Shown: positions 1 to 13,786, counted from the stretch's first letter. The stretch: DNA of 64,000 nucleotides from an uncultured Actinomycetota bacterium (GCA_963718235.1 CAVQYR010000001.1:1856001-1920000); one strand, 5' to 3'. Numbers and translations: made by a program. The notes: generated by a model not told the origin, from the letters alone.

Positions 1-2
1 GG

Positions 3-590
3 GTGCCGACCGACCTGACCGACCCCAGTGCCCCCGAGCGGCTGATGGCCGCAGCCATGGGCCGCTTCGGTCGGATCGACGGTGCGCTGATCTCCTGTGG
101 AGGCCCTCCACCGGGCGACGCCCTGACCACCACCGACGAGGAGTGGCGAGCCGGCTTCGAAGGCGCGTTCCTGGGACCCCTGCGGGTGGCCCGGTCGGTC
201 ACGCAGGCCGTCGGTGAGGAAGGCGGCTCCCTCGCGTTCGTGCTGAGCTCCTCGGTGCGGTCGCCGCTCCCGGGCATGGCCACGTCGAACGGCCTGCGGC
301 CGGGCCTGGCCGTGGTCGTGCAGCAGCTGGCCGAGGAGCTGGCCCCGCGCCAGATCCGGGTCAACGCCCTGCTGCCCGGCCGGATCGACACCGACCGGGT
401 CCGCGAGCTCGATGCCCGGTCGGGTCGCTCGGAGACGTCGCGACGTCGGCACGAGGCGATGATCCCGCTCGGCCGGTACGGCGACCCGGTCGAGTTCGGC
501 ACCGTCGCGGCGTTCGTGCTCTCTCCCGCCGCGTCGTACCTGACGGCTGCGCTGATCCCCGTCGACGGTGGGGCCACCCGGGTCCGGTGA
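3..590 (+). CDS. SDR family oxidoreductase (5'-truncated by window edge)
   Basis: C-terminal SDR motifs: GRIDG, IRVNALLPGRIDTDR, IPLGRYG..EFG, ASYLTA..IPVDGG. Confidence 0.85.
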   Translation: MPTDLTDPSAPERLMAAAMGRFGRIDGALISCGGPPPGDALTTTDEEWRAGFEGAFLGPLRVARSVTQAVGEEGGSLAFVLSSSVRSPLPGMATSNGLRPGLAVVVQQLAEELAPRQIRVNALLPGRIDTDRVRELDARSGRSETSRRRHEAMIPLGRYGDPVEFGTVAAFVLSPAASYLTAALIPVDGGATRVR

Positions 591-609
591 CCGGCCGGTG
601 GGCGACCGG

Positions 610-2502
610 TCAGCCGACGGCGGGGGTGCCAGCCGTGGCGGCCTGGTCAGCGAACTGTGTGCGGTAGAGCTCGGCGTACAGACCACCGTCGACCAGCAGC
701 TCGTCGTGGGTGCCCCGCTCGACGATCCGCCCGCCGTCGACCACGAGGATCTGGTCGGCGTGGCGGACCGTGGACAGCCGGTGGGCGATGACGATCGACG
801 TGCGGCCCGCGAGGGCGACGTCGAGCGCCTGCTGCACAGCGCGCTCGGACTCGGAGTCCAGGTGCGCGGTCGCCTCGTCGAGGACCACGACGTCGGGGGC
901 CTTGAGGAGCAGCCGGGCGATCGCCATCCGCTGCTTCTCACCGCCGGAGAGGCGGTGCCCGCGGTCGCCCACCACGGTGTCGAGCCCCTCGGGCAGGGAG
1001 GAGACGAGGTCGGCGATCCGGGCCGAGCGCAGCGACTCCCACAGCTCGTCCTCGGTGGAACCGGGCCGGGCATACAGCAGGTTCGCCCGGATCGTGTCGT
1101 GGAACATGTGGGCGTCCTGGGTCACCACCCCGATCCGGTCGTGCAGCGACTGCAGGCTGACGTCACGGACGTCGTGCCCGCCGACCTGCACACGACCGCC
1201 CGTGACGTCGTAGAGCCGGGAGATGAGTCCGGTCATGGTCGTCTTGCCCGCGCCGGATGGTCCGACGATCGCGACCAGCTCACCGGGTGCGGCGGTGAAC
1301 GAGACCCCGTGCAGCACGTCACCGGTGGGCGCCGACTCGATCCGGGCCACGGCCTCCAGCGACGCCAGCGACACCTGCTCGGCGGTCGGGTAGGAGAACT
1401 CGACCTGGTCGAACCCGACCGCCGTCGGCCCCGGCGCCAGGTTCACGGCGTGCGGCTTCTCCTGCACCATCGGGGGGAGGTCGAGCACCTCGAAGACCCG
1501 CTCGAAGCTGACCAGGGCCGTCATCACGTCGATCCGCACGGTCGACAGCGACGTCAGTGGTCCGTACAGGCGACCCAGCAGGGCGGCCAGAGCCACCAGG
1601 GTGCCGACCGAGAGGACGCCCTGGATCGACAAGAGCCCACCGACGCCGTACACCAGAGCCGTTGCCAGGGAGGCGACCAGGGTCAGGGCGGTGAAGAAGA
1701 ACCGGTTGGACATGGCGATACGCACGCCGATGTCGGCGACCCGCCTGGCGCGTCCGCTGAACTGCTCGGCCTCCTCGTCGGGTCGGCCGAACAGCTTGAC
1801 CAGGAGCGCGCCGCTCACGTTGAAGCGTTCGGTCATCGTCGAGCCCATCTCGGCGTTGAGCTGCATGGCCTCACGGGTCATCCCCGCGATTCGCCGTCCG
1901 ACGTAGCGGGCGGGAACCAGGAAGATCGGCAGCAGCAGCAGCGAGGCCAGGGTGATCTGCCACGACAGCGAGAACATGGCGATCGCGACGACGACGAGAC
2001 TGATCAGGTTCGACACGACGCTGGACAAGGTGGAGGTGAAGGCCTGCTGGGCGCCGATGACGTCACTGTTGAGTCGCGAGATCAGGGCGCCGGTCTGGGT
2101 GCGGGTGAAGAAGGCGATCGGCATCCGTTGGACGTGGTCGAAGACCTCGCTGCGCAGGTCGTAGATCAGCCCTTCGCCGATGCGCGAGGAGTACCAACGC
2201 AGGAGCAGCGACAGTCCGGCGTCGAACAGCGCCAGCACGGCCACGATGATCGCGATGGTCACCACGACCTGGGCGTCGCCAGGGGTCACCCCGTCGTCGA
2301 TCAGTCGCTGGAGCAGGAGCGGAGTGGCCACGACCAGGAACGCGTCGACCACGGTGAACCCGAGGAACAGCACGATGATCGTCCGATAGGGGGCGGCATA
2401 GCCCGCGATCCTGCGCACGGTGCCCGGCGCCAGCTTGCGGTCGACGACGGACTCGTCTCGGGAGAACGAGCGAAGCGTCGCCCACGAGCTGTTCATGGAC
2501 AT
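610..2502 (-). CDS. ABC transporter fused permease/ATP-binding protein (exporter type)
   Basis: N-terminal TM helices, Walker A GPSGAGKT, signature LSGGEKQR, Walker B VVVLDEATA. Start moved to ATG 2502 (MSMNSSW), which follows a GGAGAG RBS. Confidence 0.9.
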   Translation of the reverse strand: MSMNSSWATLRSFSRDESVVDRKLAPGTVRRIAGYAAPYRTIIVLFLGFTVVDAFLVVATPLLLQRLIDDGVTPGDAQVVVTIAIIVAVLALFDAGLSLLLRWYSSRIGEGLIYDLRSEVFDHVQRMPIAFFTRTQTGALISRLNSDVIGAQQAFTSTLSSVVSNLISLVVVAIAMFSLSWQITLASLLLLPIFLVPARYVGRRIAGMTREAMQLNAEMGSTMTERFNVSGALLVKLFGRPDEEAEQFSGRARRVADIGVRIAMSNRFFFTALTLVASLATALVYGVGGLLSIQGVLSVGTLVALAALLGRLYGPLTSLSTVRIDVMTALVSFERVFEVLDLPPMVQEKPHAVNLAPGPTAVGFDQVEFSYPTAEQVSLASLEAVARIESAPTGDVLHGVSFTAAPGELVAIVGPSGAGKTTMTGLISRLYDVTGGRVQVGGHDVRDVSLQSLHDRIGVVTQDAHMFHDTIRANLLYARPGSTEDELWESLRSARIADLVSSLPEGLDTVVGDRGHRLSGGEKQRMAIARLLLKAPDVVVLDEATAHLDSESERAVQQALDVALAGRTSIVIAHRLSTVRHADQILVVDGGRIVERGTHDELLVDGGLYAELYRTQFADQAATAGTPAVG

Positions 2503-2632
2503 CGGTGGGGCTCTCCTGCCGTCGGTTCCGTGGGTCACGCGTTGCCCCGGACCGAGCCGGGGAGGGATGCCGTACCGCCATGGGCCCAACGTCGTCCGCC
2601 CGATGGTGCTTCCCCGGGGCGGTGGGGGTGCG

Positions 2633-3418
2633 CTACGCGGAGGGCGAACGCGCGACCAACGCCCGCAGCAGTGGGACCTGGGCGGAGCGCTCGGCGTCCA
2701 GCTGCTGGTCCCGGCTGCGAACGCCCACTCCGGACATCAGCTGCTTGACCGCGACGAGTGCCCTTGGGGGTGTCGCCAGCAGGGCGTCCACGAGGTCGTC
2801 CACCTCCGCCCCCAGCTGCTCGGGGGCGACCAGCCGGTTCACCAGACCCAGCTGCGCGGCCTCCTCGGCGTTGACGGTGCGCCCGGTGGTGACGAGGTCG
2901 AGCGCTGCAGACGGGCCGGCCAGCTCGGCCAGGCGCCGGGTGCCGCCCAGGTCCGGGACGAGCCCCAGGGTCACCTCCTTCATGGCGAACGACGCCGAGG
3001 TGTCCACCACCCGAAGGTCGGTGGCCAGGGCGAGCTGGAAGCCCGCGCCGACGGCGGGACCCCTCACCCGGCAGATGCTGATCGCCGGGTGGTCGGCCCA
3101 CCAGGTGAAGCCGCCCTGGAACGAGGCGATCCGCTCGTCAAGGAGCGGGTCGGCCGCCAGGTCGGCGGCACTGGGCTCGTCGGCGACGGCGCCGGGCTGG
3201 AGCAGGCCAAGGTCCAGCCCGGCGGAGAAGACCGGGCCGGCCGCCTCCAGGACGAGGACGCGCACGTCGGACGGGAGCTGGTCGGGGACGTCGGCCAGGG
3301 CAAGCCACGTCGATGGCACCTGCGCGTTGCGGGGTGGTCGGTCGAGGGTGACGGTGGCCACGGGACCGTCGACCCGGACGGTCACGCCACCGGTGCCGGC
3401 TCTGGGTCGCTGCGACAC
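2633..3418 (-). CDS. Enoyl-CoA hydratase/isomerase family protein
   Basis: Crotonase motifs FSAGLDL, AVGAGFQLALATDLR, MKEVTLGLVPDLGGT. Confidence 0.9.
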   Translation of the reverse strand: MSQRPRAGTGGVTVRVDGPVATVTLDRPPRNAQVPSTWLALADVPDQLPSDVRVLVLEAAGPVFSAGLDLGLLQPGAVADEPSAADLAADPLLDERIASFQGGFTWWADHPAISICRVRGPAVGAGFQLALATDLRVVDTSASFAMKEVTLGLVPDLGGTRRLAELAGPSAALDLVTTGRTVNAEEAAQLGLVNRLVAPEQLGAEVDDLVDALLATPPRALVAVKQLMSGVGVRSRDQQLDAERSAQVPLLRALVARSPSA

Positions 3419-3430
3419 GTCGGGGAGCCC

Positions 3431-3646
3431 TCAGCCGGCCTTGCGCTGGCCTCGGGTGGCCCCGCCTCGCCCGCGCAGCGTGGTCCCTGACTCGGCCAGG
3501 ACCCGGTGCACGAACCCGTAGGAACGTCCGGTCGCCGCGGCGAGCGCGCGGATGGTCGCGCCCGACTCGTACTGACGCCGCAGGGCCTCGGACAGCTCGA
3601 CCCGGTCGGCCCCGGTGATCCGACGGCCCTTCCCCAGCTCGGCCAC
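3431..3646 (-). CDS. gbn: Small HTH protein, GATC-binding nucleoid-associated protein Gbn (SCO1839-like)
   Basis: YESGATIRALAAATGRSYGFVHRVLAESGTTLRGRGGATRG resembles Streptomyces Gbn, with the same enoyl-CoA hydratase / ABC-F neighbourhood. GTG 3646 follows a GGAGG RBS. Confidence 0.8.
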   Translation of the reverse strand: MAELGKGRRITGADRVELSEALRRQYESGATIRALAAATGRSYGFVHRVLAESGTTLRGRGGATRGQRKAG

Positions 3647-3767
3647 GGTCCCCTCCTGATCGGCTACAGCGAACGTCCGGTGGTGCTCCCTTCGATCATC
3701 GTGCCTCGGGTCGGTCGCGACCACCCGGGTCTTCGGTCCCGACCCGAACGCACCCCGGGGTCGGCGC

Positions 3768-5366
3768 TCAGGCCAGCGCGACGAGGTCCGCGTACCCCTC
3801 GTTCCAGAGGTCCTCGACGCCGTCGGGAAGCAGGATCAGCCGCTCCGGGGAGAGGGCGGTGACCGCCCCCTCGTCGTGGGTCACCAGGACGACGGCACCC
3901 TCGTACCCGCGCAGCGCCCTCAGCACCTCGTCGCGGCTGACCGGGTCGAGGTTGTTCGTGGGCTCGTCGAGAAGCAGCACGTTGGCGCTCGAGACCACAA
4001 GGGCGGCGAGCGCCAGGCGGGTCTTCTCACCGCCGGACAGCGTGCCCGCCGGCTGCTCGACGGTGTCCCCGGAGAACAGGAAGCTGCCCAGGACGGTTCG
4101 GGCCTCGGTCTCGGTGAGCTCCGGTGCACTGCTCATCAGGTTCTCCAGGACGCTGCGGTCGGGCACCAGCGTCTCGTGCTCCTGCGCGTAGTAGCCCAGC
4201 CGCAGCCCGTGACCGGCCTCGACCGCACCGGTGTCGGGCCTCTCCTCGCCGGCGAGAATGCGCAGGAGCGTGGTCTTCCCGGCTCCGTTGAGCCCGAGCA
4301 CGACCACGCGCGATCCGCGGTCGATGGCCAGGTCGACGTCGGTGAAGATCTCCAGGGACCCGTACGACTTGGAAAGCTCCGACGCCATCAGCGGGGTCTT
4401 GCCACACGCGGCCGGCTTGGGGAACCGCAGCCGCGCCACCTTGTCGGCGTGTCGCTGTTCGGCGAGTCCTGACATCAGCCGGTCGGCCCGCCGGGCCATG
4501 TTCTGCGCCGCCTTGGCCTTGGTCGCCTTGGCCCGCATCCGGTCGGCCTGGTCGCGCAGTGCACCTGCCTGCTTCTCGGCGTTGGCTCGCTCGCGGCGGC
4601 GGCGCCGCTCGTCGACCTCACGCTGCTTCAGGTAGGCGGACCAGCCGACGTTGTACACGTCGAGGACGGCGCGGGTCGCGTCGAGGTGCATCACCTTGTT
4701 GACCGTGGTCTCGAGGAGGGCCACGTCGTGGCTGATCACCACGAGGCCGCCTCGGTGTGAGGCCAGGAACTGGCGCAGCCAGCCGATCGAGTCGGCGTCC
4801 AGGTGGTTGGTGGGCTCGTCCAGGAGCAGGGTCTCGGCATCGCTGAACAGGATGCGGGACAGCTCGACCCGTCGGCGCTGCCCGCCGGAGAGGGTCTGCA
4901 GGGGTTGGCCGAGCACGCGGTCCGGCAGCCCGAGGCTGGCCGCGATGGACGCCGCCTCGGACTCCGCGGAGTACCCACCGGCGGCCAGGAACTCCGTCTC
5001 GACCCGGCCGTACGCCGCCAGGGCCTTGTCCCTCACGACGTCGTCGGTCGAGGCCATCTGCCCCTCGATCGCCCGGAGCCGGGCCACCGTGGCGTCCAGC
5101 CCGCGAACGCTCAGGATCCGGTCCCTGGCGAGCATCGTGAGGTCCCCCGTGCGGGGGTCCTGCGGCAGGTAGCCCCAGGTCCCGGAACGTTGCACGTGGC
5201 CCGCTGCCGGGAGCGCCTCGCCGGCGAGCACCTTGGTGAGGGTGGTCTTGCCCGCCCCGTTGCGCCCGACCAGTCCCACCCGGTCGCCCGGACCGACCCG
5301 GAACGTGGCGTGCTCGAGCAGCAGCCTGGAGCCAGCACGCAGCTCGAGGTCACGGACGGTGAACAA
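3768..5366 (-). CDS. ABC-F family ATP-binding protein (ribosome-associated)
   Basis: Two ABC domains (GRNGAGKT / LSGGQRRR / LLLDEPTNHLD and GLNGAGKT / LSGGEKTR / LLLDEPTNNLD), charged helical linker, no TM segments. Confidence 0.92.
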   Translation of the reverse strand: MFTVRDLELRAGSRLLLEHATFRVGPGDRVGLVGRNGAGKTTLTKVLAGEALPAAGHVQRSGTWGYLPQDPRTGDLTMLARDRILSVRGLDATVARLRAIEGQMASTDDVVRDKALAAYGRVETEFLAAGGYSAESEAASIAASLGLPDRVLGQPLQTLSGGQRRRVELSRILFSDAETLLLDEPTNHLDADSIGWLRQFLASHRGGLVVISHDVALLETTVNKVMHLDATRAVLDVYNVGWSAYLKQREVDERRRRRERANAEKQAGALRDQADRMRAKATKAKAAQNMARRADRLMSGLAEQRHADKVARLRFPKPAACGKTPLMASELSKSYGSLEIFTDVDLAIDRGSRVVVLGLNGAGKTTLLRILAGEERPDTGAVEAGHGLRLGYYAQEHETLVPDRSVLENLMSSAPELTETEARTVLGSFLFSGDTVEQPAGTLSGGEKTRLALAALVVSSANVLLLDEPTNNLDPVSRDEVLRALRGYEGAVVLVTHDEGAVTALSPERLILLPDGVEDLWNEGYADLVALA

Positions 5367-5427
5367 CAGCGGGCCTTCTCAGATGAGGGCGACCGGGGTC
5401 GCCGCGGGCTGGTCTTCTCGGACCGGG

Positions 5428-5756
5428 TCAGACGTTGAAGCCGAGGGCGCGCAGCTGCTCGCGGCCGTCGTCGGTGATCTTGTCCGGGCCCCAGGGAGGC
5501 ATCCACACCCAGTTGATCCGGACCTCGTCGACCATCTCGTGCAGGGCGACCCGGGTCTGGTCCTCGATCACGTCGGTCAAGGGGCAGGCAGCCGATGTCA
5601 GGGTCATGTCGATCGTGGCCACGCCGTCGGTGACGGTGATCCCGTAGACGAGGCCGAGGTCGACCACGTTGATCCCGAGCTCCGGGTCGACGACGTCGCG
5701 CATGGCCTCGGTGTAGTCGTCGTCGGCCAGGGTGGTGATGGGGCCGCTGGGCTCGG

Positions 5757-5760
<4 letters not shown>
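5428..5760 (-). CDS. sufT: SufT-like metal-sulfur cluster assembly factor (DUF59)
   Basis: DVVDPELGINVVDLGLVY, MTLTSAACPL, WVWMPPW. ATG 5760 overlaps the sufU stop (ATGA). Confidence 0.9.
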
Positions 5761-8271
<2,511 letters not shown>

Positions 8272-8275
<4 letters not shown>

Positions 8276-8592
8276 GCGATGGTCTCCTCGACGTCGACGA
8301 GGACCTTGCCGTCCTCGAGCTTCACGGGGTGCACGGGCACCGGCTCGGTGGCCGGCAGTGACAGCGGGCGTCCGGTGCGCAGGTCGAACCGGGAGCCGTG
8401 CAGCCAGCACTCGATCTCGCACCCGTCGACCTCGCCCTCGGACAACGAGACCTGCCCGTGGGAACAGATGTCACCGATGGCGAACACCTCGCCCTCGGAC
8501 CGGACCAGGCAGACGGGGACACCGTCGACGTGGACCAACAACGGGAATCCGTCGGCGAGCTCCTCGTCGGAGGCCACGGGACGAAAGGTCAT
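8272..8592 (-). CDS. Rieske-type ferredoxin of the suf operon
   Basis: CSH...CWLHGSRFD Rieske ligands; lies between sufD and sufC with ATGA overlaps. Confidence 0.9.
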
Positions 8593-9740
8593 GCCAGACT
8601 CCTGTTCAGTTCCGACTCCAAGGCGTCCTCGAGTCGGGTTCGGACTTCGGGGATGGCGATCCTGGTGACCAGGTCGGCGAAGAAGCCTCGCACGACCAGT
8701 CGTCGTGCCTCGATGTCGGGGATCCCGCGCGCCATCAGGTAGAACAGCTGGTCGTCGTCGAACCGACCGGTGGCGCTCGCGTGACCCGCGCTCGTGACGT
8801 CGCCGGTCTCGATCTCCAGGTTCGGGATCGAGTCGGCGCGGGCCCCCTCGGTCAGCAGCAGGTTCCGGTTGATCTCGTAGGTCTCCGTTCCCACCGCATT
8901 GGCCCGGATCAAGACGTCGCCGACCCACACCGAGTGCGCTCCTTCACCCTGCAGCGCCCCCTTGTAGCTGACCTGGCTGCGGCACTGCGGCTCGTCGTGG
9001 TCGACGAACAGCCGGTGCTCGTGGTGCTGCCCCGGGTCGGTGAAGAACGCCCCGATCAGGTCGACCGACGCGCCAGGGCCGGTGAAGTCGACGGTCGGGG
9101 CAAGTCGGACGACGCGTCCGCCGAGGGTGACCACGAGGTGGGTGAGCGTGGCATCGCGGCCGAGTCTCAGGTGGTGGGCCCCGAGATGCACCGTGTCGTC
9201 GTCCCAGGACTGCAGGCTGACCAGCGTCAGTGAGGCCCCTGCGCCGACCAGCACCTCGACGTTGTCCGCGTAGGTGGCGCTACCGACGTGGTCGAGGACG
9301 ACAGTGGCGAAGGCATGGGGCTGGACGTCGACCAGGAGGTGCCCATAGGACCCGGTCGCTGCCCCGGACCCCCTGATCTCCACCACGGTGGGCTGGTCGA
9401 TGCTCGTGTCGCTCGGGACGGTGACCACCGTGGCGGTGGCGAACGAGGACCAGGCGCGTGCGGCGACGACGTCGGCGGGCTCCGCCACCACGCCCAGTCG
9501 CACGTCGTCGCGGGGTACCGACTCGACCAGGACCCGCGGGTCGGCGGTGACCGACACCTTGATGGTGTCCCCCACCTCGACCGAGTCGTCGTGCAGGCCG
9601 TTCAGCGAGCGCAACGGAGTGAACCGCCAGTCCTCCTCTCGACCGGTCGGGGTGCCGAAGGCGTCCGGCTCGAAGGCGGTGAAGCGCTCGCCCCGGTCGG
9701 ACACGGGCACCACGGCACCGTGGGAGTGTTCGCTGCTCAC
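8589..9740 (-). CDS. sufD: Fe-S cluster assembly protein SufD
   Basis: EEDWRFTP, PNLEIETGDV..AGHASATG, LFYLMARGI. Confidence 0.93.
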   Translation of the reverse strand: MSSEHSHGAVVPVSDRGERFTAFEPDAFGTPTGREEDWRFTPLRSLNGLHDDSVEVGDTIKVSVTADPRVLVESVPRDDVRLGVVAEPADVVAARAWSSFATATVVTVPSDTSIDQPTVVEIRGSGAATGSYGHLLVDVQPHAFATVVLDHVGSATYADNVEVLVGAGASLTLVSLQSWDDDTVHLGAHHLRLGRDATLTHLVVTLGGRVVRLAPTVDFTGPGASVDLIGAFFTDPGQHHEHRLFVDHDEPQCRSQVSYKGALQGEGAHSVWVGDVLIRANAVGTETYEINRNLLLTEGARADSIPNLEIETGDVTSAGHASATGRFDDDQLFYLMARGIPDIEARRLVVRGFFADLVTRIAIPEVRTRLEDALESELNRSLA

Positions 9741-9741
9741 G

Positions 9742-11154
9742 TCAGCCCACGGCTCCTTCCATCTGCAGCTCGATGAGCCGGTTCAGCTCGAGGGCGTACT
9801 CCATGGGCAGCTCGCGGGCGATCGGCTCGACGAAGCCCCGGACGATCATCGCCATCGCTTCGTCCTCGGACATCCCACGGCTCATCAGGTAGAACAGCTG
9901 GTCGGCCGACAGCTTGGTCACCGTCGCCTCGTGCCCCATCGACACGTCGTCCTCGCGGATGTCGTTGTAGGGGTAGGTGTCGGACCGGCTGATGTCGTCG
10001 ACGAGGAGTGCGTCGCACCGGACCGTCGAGCGGGCACCGTGACAGCCCTCCTGCACCTGCACGAGACCCCGGTAGGACGTACGGCCACCGCCTCGGGCGA
10101 CCGACTTGCTCACGATCGTCGACGAGGTGTTCGGTGCGGCGTGCACCATCTTGGAGCCGGCGTCCTGGTGCTGACCCTCACCGGCGAAGGCCACGGACAG
10201 CGTCTCGCCCTTGGCGCCCTCGCCCATCAGCCACACGGCGGGGTACTTCATGGTCACCTTGGAACCGATGTTGCCGTCGATCCACTCCATGGTCGCCCCC
10301 TCCTGGGCGACCGCCCGCTTGGTGACCAGGTTGTAGACGTTGTTGGACCAGTTCTGGATCGTCGTGTACCGGCAACGGGCGTTCTTCTTCACGACGATCT
10401 CGACCACCGCCGAGTGCAGCGAGTCCGAGGAGTAGATCGGCGCGGTGCAGCCCTCGACGTAGTGAACGTAGGAGTTCTCGTCGACGATGATCAGCGTGCG
10501 CTCGAACTGCCCCATGTTCTCGGTGTTGATCCGGAAGTACGCCTGCAGGGGGATCTCGACGTTGACGTTAGGTGGGACGTAGATGAACGAGCCGCCCGAC
10601 CACACCGCGGAGTTCAGGGCGGCGAACTTGTTGTCACCGGGCGGGATGACCGAACCGAAGTACTCCTTGAAGATGTCCTCGTGCTCGCGCAGGGCGGTGT
10701 CGGTGTCGAGGAAGATGACGCCCTGCTCCTCGAGATCCTCGCGGATCTTGTGGTAAACCACCTCACTTTCGTACTGGGCGGCCACTCCGGCGACCAGGCG
10801 CTGCTTCTCGGCCTCCGGGATGCCCAGCCGGTCGTAGGTGTTCTTGATGTCCTCGGGCAGGTCCTCCCACGACTCGGCCTGCTTCTCGGTGGACCGCACG
10901 AAGTACTTGATCGTGTCGAAGTGGATACCGGACAGGTCGGCACCCCAGGTCGGCATCGGCTTCTTGTCGAACAGGCGCAGCGACTTCAGACGCATGTCGA
11001 GCATCCACTGCGGCTCGTTCTTCTTCGAGGAGATGTCGCGCACGACGGCCTCGCTCAGGCCGCGGCGGGCGTTGGTGCCGGCGGCATCGGCGTCGTGCCA
11101 GCCGTACTCGTAGGTGCCCAGACCGTCGAGCTCGGGGTGCGAGGCGGTGGTCAT
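9742..11154 (-). CDS. sufB: Fe-S cluster assembly protein SufB
   Basis: [48 protein letters not shown]. Confidence 0.96.
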   Translation of the reverse strand: MTTASHPELDGLGTYEYGWHDADAAGTNARRGLSEAVVRDISSKKNEPQWMLDMRLKSLRLFDKKPMPTWGADLSGIHFDTIKYFVRSTEKQAESWEDLPEDIKNTYDRLGIPEAEKQRLVAGVAAQYESEVVYHKIREDLEEQGVIFLDTDTALREHEDIFKEYFGSVIPPGDNKFAALNSAVWSGGSFIYVPPNVNVEIPLQAYFRINTENMGQFERTLIIVDENSYVHYVEGCTAPIYSSDSLHSAVVEIVVKKNARCRYTTIQNWSNNVYNLVTKRAVAQEGATMEWIDGNIGSKVTMKYPAVWLMGEGAKGETLSVAFAGEGQHQDAGSKMVHAAPNTSSTIVSKSVARGGGRTSYRGLVQVQEGCHGARSTVRCDALLVDDISRSDTYPYNDIREDDVSMGHEATVTKLSADQLFYLMSRGMSEDEAMAMIVRGFVEPIARELPMEYALELNRLIELQMEGAVG

Positions 11155-11903
11155 GCGGAGTTCCTCTCGTCGGAGGCGATCGGTGGGTGCAGTGGGACGA
11201 CGGTGGTACAGACGCCGTCGCCGTGGGCGATGGTGGCCAGACGCTGCACGTGCCGGCCGAGGAGCGCGGCGAACGCCTCGGTCTCGGCCTCGCACAGCTG
11301 GGGGTACTGCTCGGCCACGTGTGCGACGGGGCAGTGGTGCTGGCACAGCTGGGTGCCCGTGGGAGCCGGGTCGGCCGAGGCCGCGAACCCCAGCGCGGAC
11401 AGTGCCTCGGCGACGGCCACGACCTGCTGCTCGGCCGGAGCGTCGGGCCAACCGGCTCCGAGTCGCTGGGAGATCTCGCTGCCGAGCTCGCTCGCCCGCT
11501 TCTGCGCGAACGCCGTGACCGCGTCGGGTCCGCCGGTGGCGGCCAGGAAGTCGAGCGCCGCAGTGGCGAGGTGGTCGTAGGACGTCGGGAACGTGGCGCG
11601 TCCGGTCGCGGTCAGCGCGAACACCCGGGCCGGCCGCCCGCGGCCCCGCCGAGGCGAAGGACCGTACGGGGGGCGCTCGGTCGACTCGACGAGCCCGTCG
11701 GACTGCAGGGAGTCGAGGTGCCGCCGCACCGCGGTGGTGCTGATCTGCAGCCGCTGGGCCACCGCGGTCACGGTGGCTGGCCCCTCGGTGAGCAGCGACG
11801 CGGCCACCCGCTGGCGGCCCACCGTCGGGCCGTCGGAGCCGAGGGCGTCCACCGGTGGTGGCGTGGGGGGTCGCCGCTCCTGGTGCCTCGTGGCGATTTT
11901 CAC
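11151..11903 (-). CDS. sufR: SufR Fe-S-sensing transcriptional repressor
   Basis: N-terminal HTH ([11 protein letters not shown]), GRGRP, C-terminal CQHHCP..C..GDGVC; heads the suf operon. Confidence 0.9.
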   Translation of the reverse strand: MKIATRHQERRPPTPPPVDALGSDGPTVGRQRVAASLLTEGPATVTAVAQRLQISTTAVRRHLDSLQSDGLVESTERPPYGPSPRRGRGRPARVFALTATGRATFPTSYDHLATAALDFLAATGGPDAVTAFAQKRASELGSEISQRLGAGWPDAPAEQQVVAVAEALSALGFAASADPAPTGTQLCQHHCPVAHVAEQYPQLCEAETEAFAALLGRHVQRLATIAHGDGVCTTVVPLHPPIASDERNSA

Positions 11904-11916
11904 AACCGCATTGTTG
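11903..11916. promoter_or_regulatory. SufR operator palindrome CAAC-N6-GTTG
   Basis: CAACcgcattGTTG overlaps the sufR start and -10 region; it matches the palindrome reported for Streptomyces SufR. Confidence 0.7.
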
Positions 11917-11986
11917 CCGAAATTGGCGCCAGATGCACGTCAGGCCGCTCGGCGGGCCGATCGCGCACCTCCTACGCTGACCGACT

Positions 11987-12940
11987 GTGCCTGACCCCCG
12001 AACCGCCGAGCAGCCCGGCGACGCCCCTGCCGTCCAGGTCGAGGGCTTGGTGAAGCGCTACGGGTCGCTGACCGCGGTGGCCGACCTGTCCTTCACGGCG
12101 CCCCGCGCGGCCGTGACCGCCGTGCTCGGTCCGAACGGCGCCGGGAAGACCACCACGGTGGAGATCTGCGAGGGGTACCGCACCGCCGATGCCGGCTCGG
12201 TGCGGGTGCTCGGGACCGACCCGGGGGCGCTCCGGGCGCGGGTCGGCGTGATGCTCCAGGAGGGTGGCGTCTACGGCAGCGTGCCGGCCCGGGAGGCCCT
12301 GCGGCACACCGCCTCCCTGTACGCCGACCCGTTGCCGGTCGGCGACCTGCTCGACCGGCTCGGTCTGACGCCGGTCGCCGCCACCGCGTTCAAGCGGCTC
12401 TCCGGCGGCCAGCAGCGGCGCCTGACCCTGGCCCTCGCCCTGGTCGGGCGACCCGAGCTGGTCTTCCTCGACGAACCGACCGCCGGCCTGGACCCCCAGG
12501 CCCGGCTCGCCACCTGGGACATCGTCCGGGAGCTCAGGACGGCCGGTGTCTCGGTCGTCCTCACCACCCACAACCTCGAGGACGCCGAGCAGCTGGCCGA
12601 CCACGTGGTGATCGTCGACCACGGCGTCGTCGTCGCGGCCGGAACCCCGGCGTCGCTGATGACCACCGGCAACCCGGGGCGGGTCCAGTTCGACGTGCCC
12701 TCGGGCACCGGTCTCGATGACCTGCGTTCGTCCCTGCAGGCGGCGGTCGGCCCCGCCGTCGAGGTCACCACACCCCGCCCTGGCCACGTCGTGGTCACCG
12801 GGCCGGTCTCGCCCCAGCTGCTGGCGGCGGTGACCAGCTGGTGCGCAGGTCACGACCTGATGCCCGAGCAGCTGCAGGTCTCCCGGCGGTCCCTGGAGGA
12901 CGTCTTCTTGGACCTCACCGGACGGGAGACCCGCCCATGA
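11987..12940 (+). CDS. ABC-2 type transporter ATP-binding protein
   Basis: [29 protein letters not shown]. Confidence 0.92.
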   Translation: MPDPRTAEQPGDAPAVQVEGLVKRYGSLTAVADLSFTAPRAAVTAVLGPNGAGKTTTVEICEGYRTADAGSVRVLGTDPGALRARVGVMLQEGGVYGSVPAREALRHTASLYADPLPVGDLLDRLGLTPVAATAFKRLSGGQQRRLTLALALVGRPELVFLDEPTAGLDPQARLATWDIVRELRTAGVSVVLTTHNLEDAEQLADHVVIVDHGVVVAAGTPASLMTTGNPGRVQFDVPSGTGLDDLRSSLQAAVGPAVEVTTPRPGHVVVTGPVSPQLLAAVTSWCAGHDLMPEQLQVSRRSLEDVFLDLTGRETRP

Positions 12941-13724
12941 CCAGGTCCGCCGGACTGGACTTCTCCCCGGCGGCGCGGCTGCTCCCCTGCCCCGCATGGT
13001 CGCCGCCCAGGCGGGCCTCGAGCTGCGGATGATGCTGCGCAACGGGGAGCAGCTGCTGCTCACCGTGGTGATCCCCCTCGGGGTGCTCCTCGCCCTGAGC
13101 CTGACCACCTTCGTCCGGCTCGACGGGGCCGCCACAACCGCGGCCCGGGCGACCGAGGTGATCCCCGGCGTCCTCACCCTGGCCGTCCTGTCCACCGCCT
13201 TCACCGGACTGGCCATCCAGACCGGGTTCGAACGCCGCTACGGCGTCCTGAAGCGCCTGGGCGCCACCCCGCTGTCCCGCGGGGCCCTCCTGCTGGGCAA
13301 GGCGCTCGCGGTGGCTGTGGTGGAGACGGCGCAGTGCCTGGTGCTCGGTGGCGTCGCCCTGGCCCTCGGCTGGAGGCCGGTCGGTGCCGCGTGGTGGGCC
13401 GTTGCGCTGCTCCTCGTCCTGGGCACCCTGGCCTTCGCCGCCCTCGGGCTGCTCATGGCCGGGGCCCTTCGGGCCGAGGCCACCCTCGCCGCGGCCAACC
13501 TGGTGTACCTGGTGCTGCTCTTCGCCGGCGGCATCGTCGTCCCTCTGGACCGGATGCCCGACGCGGCTGTCGGCTGGCTGGAGCTGCTGCCCTCGGCGGC
13601 GCTGTCCACCGGGCTGTCCTCGGCCTTCGACCCGGGCAGCCTGGACGTGCGAGCGGCGGCCACCCTCGTGGCCTGGGCGGTCGTCGCCGGGGGCCTCACT
13701 GCCCGGACGTTCCGCTGGGAGTGA
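12937..13724 (+). CDS. ABC-2 type transporter permease (frame break near 12970)
   Basis: LRNGEQLLLT, TGFERRYGVLKRLGATPL, about six TM helices, FRWE end. ATG 12937 is coupled to the ATPase stop but out of frame with the gene body. Confidence 0.85.
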
Positions 13725-13760
13725 GGTCTGGCGGCCAGCTGAAGTTGTTCATAGCTTGTG

Positions 13761-13786
13761 CATCCAAACCGTGGTCCTGGCGGGAA
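13761..13786 (+). promoter_or_regulatory. Putative SigK-type ECF promoter (-35 CATCC, -10 near CGGGAA)
   Basis: gCATCCaaaccgtggtcctggCGGGAAg upstream of the DUF4397 gene resembles the mycobacterial SigK consensus CATCC...CCGAA. Confidence 0.45.
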
